This document shows, piece by piece, positions 35,731 to 45,772 of a DNA stretch of 64,000 nucleotides. This DNA is from Eutreptiella sp. 'Long Island Sound 2002' (lineage: Eukaryota > Protista > Euglenida): positions 55,552,001 through 55,616,000 of the forward strand of contig OZ038378.1 of the NCBI GenBank assembly GCA_964036045.1, given 5' to 3'. The first letter of the stretch is position 1, and each line of letters begins with the position of its first letter. A program made the translations under genes and the position numbers. Under the pieces are notes generated by a model. That model worked only from the letters and a program-made list of their open reading frames with translations. It had not been told where the DNA came from and did not search any database.

Positions 35731-36699
35731 CAAAATGCCTACCCCTAAAGGAAGGCATCAATGGATGTACATAGCATTTGTACCAAGGAACAACACTAAA
35801 ACCAGCACTAGACGTGGCAACAAGGCACAAACATAACGGGTAACGCCATGCCCCACCGTTGGAACGACATGGAATCAGAGCGCTGAACACGAAACAACGG
35901 TTCTATTGCAGACACACAGCAAAATTTCCAAATGTGTACGACTAGGGGAGAGTGGGAACAATGCTACAGAACGTACTAGCAGGCCTGCATTGACAAACGT
36001 AGGCCCCAGACACTCTCAACAAGCAAGAAAAGGACCAGTACCATCATTTGCAAACTTCGGAACTCATGGTAACGAACCTCGTTATCTGGTCGGTGCACCT
36101 TGTTCTGGTGGTGTTACGGTAGGAATTCTTCCGGACCAAAACTGTTCCCCTTTGGAGTGTTCTCACCGGAACAACCTTTATCTTCAACCGTGCACCAAGG
36201 GTGCCTGCTTGACTGATTGATTGGCTGACCGTCGGTCTCTCTCCGACGTGCCATGCCGAAGGCAATAGAAGTTTTGTTCTCACCAAGTTAGAAAAAATTA
36301 GCGAAATATCGTTTTCTCCCCTCATTTGGGACTCCCAAGGTGGCACGGGTTATGTAGCCTTTTTCCCCACATGTGGGTCCCCATGATGGCAGGGGTTTAT
36401 TAGCCCGGGCAGGTTTTGTCCTTGCATTGGCGACCTCCTTAGGCTGAAGGGGTTCTGCAGCTTGTTCCATTTTCTCACAGTGGTGGGCACTGGCGAACCT
36501 GACACGACAAGGTTTATGTCACCGTTTCCGGTTTCCTCCCCGTGCAGGGCTTTGGGGACCTCAACATGGGAGGGGTTATTTCTCCATTTTTACCCACATA
36601 TGGGCCCCCAACATTGCAAAGGGTACATTGCCGTTCGGAATCACTTCGCAGACGTTGACATATCGAAGCCACGCAAGAACATATGCGGGGGGAAACGCA

Positions 36700-36880
36700 A
36701 TTCCCCCCCCCCCTCTTTTGGATTTTTTTTTGGGGCTACTCGCGTACCCTACGGAAGGGGTTGAATGGTTTGTTTAACCCTGTGTAAAATCGTTATTTGG
36801 TTCAATAAAGGCATTCCCTGATGAGATTGTAGTCCGGACCCCCTAGAACCCAATTTTTTGAGGTTTAGAGGCTGGTGGGT
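36700..36880. repeat. Diverged fourth copy of the R1 conserved block
   Basis: aaccctgtgtaaaatcgttatttggttcaataaaggcattccctgatgagatt resembles aaccccttgtaaaatcattattttgcccaataagagcatcccccaatggatt. Confidence 0.55.
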
Positions 36881-37598
36881 GGGGGGAGTTTGTGCACTTT
36901 TCAGCCATTTTTGGTATGTTGGCGGTTTTGGCGACCTCGGTGACACCATGCTACCCACTTTCTTAGGCCACGCAAACTGCCCACCCCCGTGGCACACTTT
37001 TGCCCGGTTCTATACCCAAAAAAAGCAGTGTAAAAAACTCCCCTTTTTTGAACGTGTATTTTCGCGGCCGATGAAGTTAGGGGTTCAAAACACCCTTTCT
37101 ACACTACTACTTCATGATGATTGAAAATATTGATCTCAAACGTATGTTTCCCATGATTGCAGCTGGGGCCAGCACCTTCCTTGACGAAAAGTACTTGTGG
37201 GATGTCCCGCAATTACATTTGTTGGTGATTTTCAATCGTGCACATGTTGGTTACTATAGTCACCGCGTATTGGACATGTCTTGTTACTTTGTATCTTTGG
37301 TATCAAGTTTATCATTGAAGCAGCTGGGGCCAGCACATTTGCAAGCAATTTCACCTTTCCTTGGTTCTCTTTGGCAGAAAGGTGCGGGTGCCAGCACCTG
37401 CTGACTCAAATGGTCTTCTCGAATCCCCCTTTGGCTCAAAGTAGCTGGTGCCAGCACCTTTCAATGCAATCGAGTCTCTGAGATGATGTTCCGGACTATG
37501 AGTGCTGGCACCAGCACCAACTCCATTGAGCAACCTGGTTAGTACCATTCCCATATCCATTCCACCGATGTTTATCTTCATAAGGTACGTGCATCTCA

Positions 37599-39698
37599 TT
37601 GAAGGATAGGGAGTGTGCTGTGTTTTGCCACCATGTGCATCGTGTCTTTTACTTGCATCACCAGACTTTTGTAATGAAATTTTCCTACTCCGTTGTTCGG
37701 CATCTACTACGTACTGGACATTATTCAAATGGGTCTTCTTTATTACGTGATGCCCACGCTGGCGAGCCGGGGGTTCTGATGTTAGTGCACCTATTGGCAC
37801 AGGTCCGCTGCAACCGTCGTACTCGTAAGACTGTACCTCAAATTGTTGTTGCAAGTAAGCAAAATAGGAAGCCTCGTTGGTTGTCCGTTTTCACGAAACA
37901 GTTATATATGCTATGGTCTGTCCTGCACAAGGCTGCACGTCCAACTAGTAAGGTATCACGGAAAGACACACTTACAGGTCAACCTTTGACGCAGGGTGTT
38001 CGCCGTGTTTTAGCAAACTGTGGTGTTGTTACCAATCGCCCTGTACCACTAACTGCCAAGGCTACCTCGGCTGCACAACAACTGTGGTCGTCCATGTCAA
38101 ACCACCAAATGGCTATGTGGTTTGATAACTGGTGGTGGAACAGGTCTACTACTGACCCAGAGCACCCCAATCCCAGCATGAACCTGACAGTGTTTGCAAT
38201 GTTGCACACTACAGACCTATGTCCCTTCCCTGGGCATCCGTCTTTGGTAACCGTGTTGGGACAGCTGGACTCAGCTGTGCATTCCACTGCTACTGCACTT
38301 CGCTCCTTGAACGATGTTACACGGGTTTCGCTTGATGCGGAGCCTGAGTTTATTCGTGTTCCCCTCGATATGAAACGGGACAACGTTAGGTCACTACAAT
38401 TCCGGCCACTGTTGTTGACCGATTTGACTACCGGTGGGATCCTTGATTTGCTACACATTCTACAAGAGATCCAGGACATACAGCGGCACACCCGGCGCCC
38501 CATGCCCCTAATAATTGATATGAAAATACATTTTTATTTACTGCTTTTTTTGTATGGGGAGTCATATGTGCAGTACAATTTCCATGAGCATCTGTCCATG
38601 TTGCCCTGTATGTACGGTGCGTGGCACCCTTACAAACACACTGCCCTTGAGGTATACAAGGCCTTCTTTCCTATCTTTGCTGCCTTGGAAAACTGTAATT
38701 TGCAAGTGGGTGCCATGGTGTACCACCACCGTAAGCTTCTCCACATTGAGAAAGTGGTAGCAGCACTACTACTTGTAGGTAACTCTGTACGTGTACGTAT
38801 TCAACGCAAATTGGAATGGTTGCAGCTGGCACCAGCATCTGTCTCATCAGTTCAAGTGGACCCAGCTACCCGTTGGTTGCAAGGACTGCAGTCCTTGCTG
38901 TTTAGTTATGTCCCTACGCTTTTTGCGTTAGGCGTACAGGTACGCAACTGCAACTGGTCAGGGCGACAGCCAGGCACTGGTCAGGCAGCCCAGACAGTTT
39001 TGCAATGGAGCCTGCTGCTACATCTGTTTCTTACTGGCGATTGGGACGCCAAAACAGAATACGTTCGCAGTTTGAGTGTCACACTTGCAGTGTGGCAGGA
39101 GTGGATGAGTAATACCCTAGGTTGTCTTTTTGCTGAAGAGATTGGTGAGGCCCTGCTGTCCCGGCTCTCCGCCCGGGTCAAGCTCCATCCAACTGCATTA
39201 TCGCAACCCGCTCTAATAGACTTGTTCCTCAGTATGCCACACCCGCGCATGGGCACCAAAACCCTTCGCGGCAAGCTACGCACTGGTCTGTGCGATCTTT
39301 TTCGAGCACGCCTCCGTCGCTTTATCGCGTGGTGTACCAATCCCCAGCTTTTGTTTGCCCCATTTACTACAGCTAAAACCACTGCTTTTGTTGGCCTTCT
39401 ACCTGAAGGACACACGTTTCCCAAGCCCATCCCTGATTCTGTTAATGAGGCTGCTCTGCGAAAGGTTTTTCGCAGGACTGTGCTGTTATTATTATCCAAC
39501 CGGTCCCCTCCGGAAGGTGTTGCTGAGTACTTGGATCAATGCAATTTTAGGAGAGACCCTGCAGAGGTTGCACAGCTCACTAGCCTAATGGAACGGTTCC
39601 GCACACGGAACAGGCGCGGGAAAGAGGGGGGGAAGGGCAAGGGTAAGGGCCCCCTGATGCTGATGATGCTGATGCACCAGATCGGTTTGTGGGGGTAG
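37599..39698 (+). CDS. Family A putative DDE transposase (699-aa ORF; true start may be downstream; acidic tail probably continues after a frameshift near 39655)
   Basis: The longest ORF in the window, located inside TIRs. Motif order WFDNW ... LIIDMK ... GAWHPYKH ... FAEEIGE fits D-D-(H)-E and recalls DUF6589/Academ-type transposases (from memory, not searched). Two decayed homologs are in the window. Confidence 0.75.
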   Translation: MKDRECAVFCHHVHRVFYLHHQTFVMKFSYSVVRHLLRTGHYSNGSSLLRDAHAGEPGVLMLVHLLAQVRCNRRTRKTVPQIVVASKQNRKPRWLSVFTKQLYMLWSVLHKAARPTSKVSRKDTLTGQPLTQGVRRVLANCGVVTNRPVPLTAKATSAAQQLWSSMSNHQMAMWFDNWWWNRSTTDPEHPNPSMNLTVFAMLHTTDLCPFPGHPSLVTVLGQLDSAVHSTATALRSLNDVTRVSLDAEPEFIRVPLDMKRDNVRSLQFRPLLLTDLTTGGILDLLHILQEIQDIQRHTRRPMPLIIDMKIHFYLLLFLYGESYVQYNFHEHLSMLPCMYGAWHPYKHTALEVYKAFFPIFAALENCNLQVGAMVYHHRKLLHIEKVVAALLLVGNSVRVRIQRKLEWLQLAPASVSSVQVDPATRWLQGLQSLLFSYVPTLFALGVQVRNCNWSGRQPGTGQAAQTVLQWSLLLHLFLTGDWDAKTEYVRSLSVTLAVWQEWMSNTLGCLFAEEIGEALLSRLSARVKLHPTALSQPALIDLFLSMPHPRMGTKTLRGKLRTGLCDLFRARLRRFIAWCTNPQLLFAPFTTAKTTAFVGLLPEGHTFPKPIPDSVNEAALRKVFRRTVLLLLSNRSPPEGVAEYLDQCNFRRDPAEVAQLTSLMERFRTRNRRGKEGGKGKGKGPLMLMMLMHQIGLWG

Positions 39699-40336
39699 AG
39701 GATGACCACATATCCGTGTCCAGTGCTGATTCCCTTGGCTCCCTGGGGCATGTGGTAGTTGATGTGGATACCATGAGTGATGCCCCCCCCCCCCTTGGTT
39801 TTGCTTCAAGAGGAAGACGAATTCGGTTTGCCCCCCAGTGACGAGGAGGAGGGGGCAGTGTTCCAAGAATAACCCCCCGCCCCCCTGCCTAACTATAGGG
39901 TAGGGTTACGGTTGTCTGCATGAGTAGTTGGCGCCAGCATTCCCTCCTATTGTTCCTGCTTTCTTCGCTGCACATTGCACACACACCGTTGTCTGTTGTC
40001 TGTCGCACTGTTTTCTGTTCGGTCTGTTTGGTCTGGATGCAATGGAATCAAAGTCTGGCACGTGTACTGACCAGTCACGGAAACATGATCATTTGAGACG
40101 GCCGTCTCCTTCCAGGGCTTTGGAACAAGTGCGCAATTTACCAGTGCCATGTCAGTAGTAGCGAAGCGGATGCCCCTGTCGGGGATTAATTGACTGCGAT
40201 GTGCGCTGCCCCTCGTATGGACAGAGCCACTGACACACCGCTCAATTTGCGCCATTTTCTGCTGAAACTGCTGTTCCATTACCGATTTCTGTCGATTTGC
40301 CACACCATTTCCCTTCAAATGAGACTCTTCATCATA

Positions 40337-43188
40337 ATGTCAGATGCAACCCCTGCTGAGGGTGCTGGTGCAATGTCACCTCTACCAATGACACCGTCAA
40401 CGAACGGGGGATTCCTAAGCCAGTCTCAGGATGTGACAGCATCATAGCCAGTTCCAGCGCCAGGTGGTAAAGGAGGCAAGAAAGACAGTGCACTGAAGAT
40501 CAAGCTCGCGGACCACTGTGAAAAAAAGAAGGTGGAAATACCCTTGGAGAAACTGCGATGGGACGAGAAGATACTGTTTGGGCAGATACGAAAGTGGTCT
40601 GAGGATGAGGTACTGAACAAGGTCAAGGACCTGAAGGAGCGACCGCCGACTACCCTTATCCGGATTGTAATATGGGGTGATGGAAGTATGCTGCCTTCTG
40701 TGCGCACAGTTTGCTGTTTCGTTACCAATAACGTTCGTCGGTGATGGTGCCAGCATCGCTTGTCCAAAATTGCCGTTGACTTTGATCATTTGTGACCGGG
40801 TGCAATATCAGGTGGGATCTACTGGATACTGTCTGGCCAGCACATAGTGGAGGCTGCTCGGCGCGTGAAACTGGAGCTGGAGAAGCGAAACTTGCCCCCT
40901 CCCCGATGGTGTTCCCATTTCTTGGCGACTGTTGTTCGGCCTGAGGCCCCGTTGACCATTCGTGAGTCCCTGGCAGGAATCAGTCAAGCCAACCAGACAG
41001 CACGAGCACCAACTTTGTGTGAGAGAGTTCAGCGACTGGTGGTTGAATACGAAAGGGATACCGAGGGGAACTTGACTGCCAGAGAGCACCTGACGAATTT
41101 GTGGGTGAAAGGTGGATTCAGCGCTCAAGATGGCACACTGGTGTGTGCCTGCCCGTCAGCACGTCCGTTTGTTTGTGGTTTCATCGCCCTGTCAACGTAC
41201 TCCGCCATCTGTTGCCCGGTGTGAATCCTGTCGTATTCCTTGTAGGCCAATATGATAAAGCAGTGGTCTCCTGTGGCTCTTTGGTGAGTACTTGTGGACG
41301 TGAAGCAGCGTTTGCAGTGCAGATGCTGGAGGCCCGCGGTCATAGCATGACTGTGAATCAAATGCGTTGCTTCGAAGGACAGGTGCCCCCCGATATCCGG
41401 ACAATGTGCAAGTTTATGGCTGACACGGCCAATGGTGGAGCACAGCTCAAGAAGATGGGAAAGCGATTGAAACTAGATCGGTTATGGAGTTGGCATCTGT
41501 GTCATCCTGAGAACAATCTCATCCATGAATCTCGCCGTATGTTTGCCCTCCCATAAGGATGCATCTGCGGTGGCTGTTCGATTGCAATTTGTTGTGAGAG
41601 GTGCTGAGGCCAGCACCCATCGTTCGGAAATGCTGTTTTGGTGCCTGCAAACAGTGGGGTCTCAAAGCTTGTACTATGATTGCTAAGGTGGACTGGGTGA
41701 ACGAGAAAAGTGTGAATCCCTCCTGGCAAGCCGAAATGACTGGTATTTCAAGACATACACGTGGCGTTGGACAGAAGAGGACCCTTTTCCACCGTGGAAA
41801 TACGTTGTGAGTGCGCCGATTTGGAAGGATGTCAGCTATGTTGGTCTGCGGGATCCTTGTCGAAACCACTGGTGTTACCAACCGTCCAGACGAATCAGGA
41901 CAATTTCTTCACCGTCGACCTGCACATGGGTGCCACTGAGGAGAATTCACAGGTCTGTGTGCTACCCCGGTTGCAAAGCGATTCACTGACGTCACTGCTT
42001 GGCCTTCACTCGGAACTTCACTTGGAACATGAATGTGTTGCAGTTGGAAGGGGACTCGGACGGAAAACTACTGGTGCTGCCAGCTGCAATTGGCTCGGCC
42101 ATCCCAGCAGCAGTGGCTGGTATCTCTTTTACAATGGTGTACATTGAGGGCCCCCGTGGCTTTACCCTGGGCATCCATGCATTGGTCAGTACAGTGCTGC
42201 AGTGTGGCGTTCTTGTTGTTGTTGCCGGTGAGCCTGGTGATTGTCGTGGCATTGTGGACAGTCTTCGTGAACAGCACCAAGATACGGGGTTCTGTGCTAT
42301 TAAGCTGTCAGTGTACCACCTCAACAAGAAGTGACCACAATTTACTATGGGGTGTACTGAGGTGAATCTTCTCTCGAAACATCCGCTGCCACAAAAGGTA
42401 TCTAGACCACACTGCGACCCTGGTTGTTCGGACACGCGCTCAAAAATCACAACAAAATGGTCGTTTCACCTCGTTGCAGCTGGGGCCAGCTCCTTTCATT
42501 GAAGAATTGCTTTTTTCCCCCCTTTAAGGTGCCTCGATACATTACTGTGACGGATTTCCCAAGTGGGGGGTACCTGCCCGTGGAGATTGTTGGTTACTTG
42601 CTGACGCTGGCTGGTGAAATGGTGGTGTACCAAGAAATATGGCTGCTGCTATTGTCCTCCTCCCACGCATTGCCCGGGGCCCTCACAGCTCGATTTCATA
42701 TTCCTGTCAATGTGGTGGTTGGTATCCTTGGGGATACGGCAATTCAGGACTTTGTCACACATGCTGTTTCTGGATGCAAGGAAGCTGATGGCCCGCCGAA
42801 TATTGAGTGGACTAGGGTGACAAATCAGATGCTCCATGGGGTACCCATTGATTGCAGGGGAAAATTCCGCAAGCTTGAGGACGTAGAACAGGGGGACGAG
42901 GATGAGGATGGAGAGGAAGTGGCCGAGCATGAAGCAGAGCCGTTGGCCCAAAAGCCGAAGCCCAAAAAAACCGGTGCCAAGCGGAAGCAGGATGAGGAGA
43001 GCACTAGTTGGAAACGTGCAACTCCAGGGAAGGCTACGAGCAATGGGGCACAGCAGTCTGCGACTGGCGGGGAGAGGTCCAACAGTGAAGGCGCCGCTGG
43101 TGATCCTGCTGACACTGTGAAACCCAAACGACTTGGATTTACCAATTGGACTGCCCGGATCAACAGGGCTGCTGCAGCAAAGAAGTAA
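40337..43188 (+). pseudogene. A2 cargo gene: ParB/Srx-like N-terminal domain plus methyltransferase-like C-terminal region, at least three GT-AG introns, several stops
   Basis: In-frame splices at 40686-40811 (WGDGS|GIYWILSGQHIVEAARRV), 41537-41687 (HESRR|GLGERE) and 42362-42528 (MGCTE|VPRYIT). A probable fourth intron lies at about 41141-41246. In-frame stops occur at about 40445, 41986 and 42332. Confidence 0.65.
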
Positions 43189-44134
43189 TCATTTTTCTTG
43201 ATCCCATAAAGACTGGTCCAGTGCTTTGCACTACAGCGCTGTCAGTGTTCGTCTTGCACAGTCATGCACTTGTCCGTTGGTTTTGTTGTTACACAGCACT
43301 CACAATACCTCTGCTTGGTTTGCACCTACTATTTCTTTGTTTTCCTCAGGAAGTGCTGGCACCAGCTACTCTTTGCCCAATTGCTTGTTTTCATTGCCAT
43401 TTTTCCAGGTGTTGGTGCTGGCCCCAGCTGCTCAGCTCGATTTTCATGTAAACAGCCCTGTCTTTCAGGTACAACAATTTACAGGTGAATTTTGCATATA
43501 CTTCGCAGCGGTGACTCCTATGTATGGTTGTGTATGTGCATATGATACTACTAGTGTATTACAAAGCATACGATTCGAAGTTCCCAATGTGGAAATAGAG
43601 ACACTGTGTCAGCGTGCTTGTTCGTGTCCACAGTTGAGGGGGGGGTCCAGAACAGCGTGATTTTACAGCTTCCTGTTTACATGGTGCAATAAGCCCTACA
43701 TGTGCTTTTCCTCCCATATCACACCTTCAATCCACGAAATGCGAACTGGGTTCAATAGATGAAAATGAAAGAAACGTGTTTGAGACCCCCCAAAAAGGCC
43801 CTGTTTTTGTGCCTACAATAAGACACCATCAAAATGAGCCCACAGACCCCCCCATCTGGTGCTGGCACCAACAGCAGACGAAGATGCTGGTCTGCCACCT
43901 ATGCTTCCGTGAAGGTGGGCAGTTTGCGTGGCCTAAGACTTTGAGGAGTTTGAGTGCGGATTTTGTGATGGTCTATGCTTACTAGGCTTGCAAAAGATGT
44001 TTTTTGCAGTCTGTCGCCTTGCGGGAGGCCTTGCAAAACTGGTACCAAAGACGCGAAATGATTGTTTCCCACCATCAATGGGTTACATGAGTGACCGGGC
44101 CGGAGCACAACTTGCTCGTGAATTATTTCACGAT

Positions 44135-45045
44135 GGACGGCTCAAAAATGGAAGTTTTCCAAATTTTTTTTTTTTGATATTGTGACCACAGAATATGACC
44201 ATCCAAAGTATGTAAAGAATGTTTTGGGCCGTATTGATGTGTTTTTCACCTAATTTGGGTGTTGGGCGCAAGGGTTGGGGTCTCCTAGCTGCGTCCTGCA
44301 ATGTTAGCGTCATGCAGCGTACGTTCTACCAATGTAGCCGGGCACCTGTTTTTTTTTTGGGACTCTATCGCTGGATACAACGACACATTATTAGGGTAGT
44401 CCGGGCATACGCCCGCTGGCGTATGCCCCATACTGATTCCCGAGTGGCGCGCATTCTGCATTTGAAACCTGCTGTCAATTCTATGCCGATGGTGCCACGA
44501 TTTCCCTATCCACCCTACCCTCACCCCAATGCCCAATCCTTGCACTCCCATCCGCTTGGGGCCTCGGCCCCGGTCGAAGGGTCACCGTTCTAGCATGTGC
44601 TATGTGAACTCAGTAGTTTATTGGCAGTAGGTTCTAGTGAAGGCTGCATGGCGGCGACCATGTATGTACCGCTGCCCAATCACGGAACTTTGCAGCTTCC
44701 GTGGCCAACCCACTGGCATCTTGGCGTCTTGTTTGTGACACAGCGCCCGTGTTATTGTAGGCCACTGACGAACGGAATCTCTCTTTGCGCTTTGTGCTAA
44801 CCACCTCTTGTGCACAATAGCAATAGTCCAGAGTTCATTCAGGTTGTCCCAGGCGATTGGTACACACACTGCGTGTGCAGCTTTTCCACCTGGATTGCTC
44901 AAAAATCGAAGTTTTCGAAGCTTATTTTTTTTTCGATACCGTGATCACCTAAAATGAACATCTTATGTCTGTAAAGCATTTTTTTTGCCCGAATTTACAT
45001 GCTTTTCACCTTATTTGGGCATTTGGCGCACACGACGGGTGTCTC
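44135..45045. repeat. Pair of diverged direct repeats of about 150 bp (44135-44290 and 44895-45045)
   Basis: gctcaaaaat.gaagttttc...tgtaaag.at...ttttcacct.atttggg..tt.ggcgca occurs in both. Confidence 0.6.
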
Positions 45046-45772
45046 CCAGGGGATTGGTACACAACCTATTTATGTAGTTAAGGGCTAAGTAGATGGGGGG
45101 GGGGGGGGGGGGGGGGCAAGAAAAACTTCACCCCGGCACGTGACATTTGAACCCAATAGGGTGGGGACAAGTGTCGCGGTTGAAAAAAAAAACACCCAAA
45201 GTTTAAAACTTCCCGGTGGGGTGGAGTATTTCGGGGACCGTTGTTGGGGTTGGAAAAATGCATGCCGGTGGCGCAAAGTTAATCGCCCCTGAGTGATTGC
45301 GGCATCGGAGGTCCTTGTGGACGGTTCATTAAACAGGGTAACTCTCCCTAAGCTTGGAAGCTGAGAGCTGCCACTGGAGCTATGCCGCAATCCAGAGATC
45401 CCTTGTTTGGGCAGTACGCTCCTTTTTTTTTCATTGCGTACTGCCCAAACAGGGGCCCCCGGGGGGGTTGTCCACACTTGTGCGTCTTGCTCATACGTTG
45501 TTCGTCCGTTCCGATGTGGGCTTGTTGCTTTTTGGGTAGACAAGTGGTTATTAGGAAGGTCAGGGAATGATTCTTGTTTCACATCTGCAAAATGGTTGCC
45601 CAATTGTTGCTTGGTTGTGCTGATACGTGCTTTGGTGGAGTCGGACCGGGCTATGTGGTCGTACCCATGGCCCGTGGGAGCTCCTGGACTGTGCGACAGT
45701 GCGAGCATTGCTGTAAAACCCCCTCGTCCCCGTTTCTGTTTCACATACCACAAAATCTTCCACTTCCTCACG

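Larger units (their letters stand above)
30153..36201 (-). mobile_element. DNA transposon B2 (CCCTTGG termini, 2-bp TG TSD, internally inverted)
   Basis: Left end CCCTTGGCACACGCTTGAA..AAAGGTTGTTCCGG, right end (reverse complement) CCCTTGGTGCACGGTTGAA..AAAGGTTGTTCCGG. TG lies at 30151-30152 and 36202-36203. The flanks restore R1 actgcttgcctg, as seen at about 19223. Confidence 0.88.
36962..43937 (+). mobile_element. DNA transposon A2 (CTTAG termini, 5-bp TSD ACTTT, two genes)
   Basis: TIR CTTAGGCCACGCAAACTGCCCACC (24 bp, perfect) at 36962 and reverse-complemented ending at 43937. ACTTT lies at 36957-36961 and 43938-43942. Confidence 0.92.

Noticed and set aside
41101-42147. A hAT- or P-like transposase read from ADTAN, CHPENNL and RLQSDSL
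   Set aside because: The motifs lie in different frames. In-frame GT-AG splicing links these exons to the ParB-like cargo gene through another frame (DWYFKTYTWRW).
44915-44940. Euglenid spliced-leader sequence (ATTTTTTTTCG), also near 49205-49220
   Set aside because: Only the T-run and CG match; the upstream leader sequence is absent.
45078-45100. Kolobok-type TTAA-GG terminus for the P-like element
   Set aside because: No complementary right end with TTAA was found.
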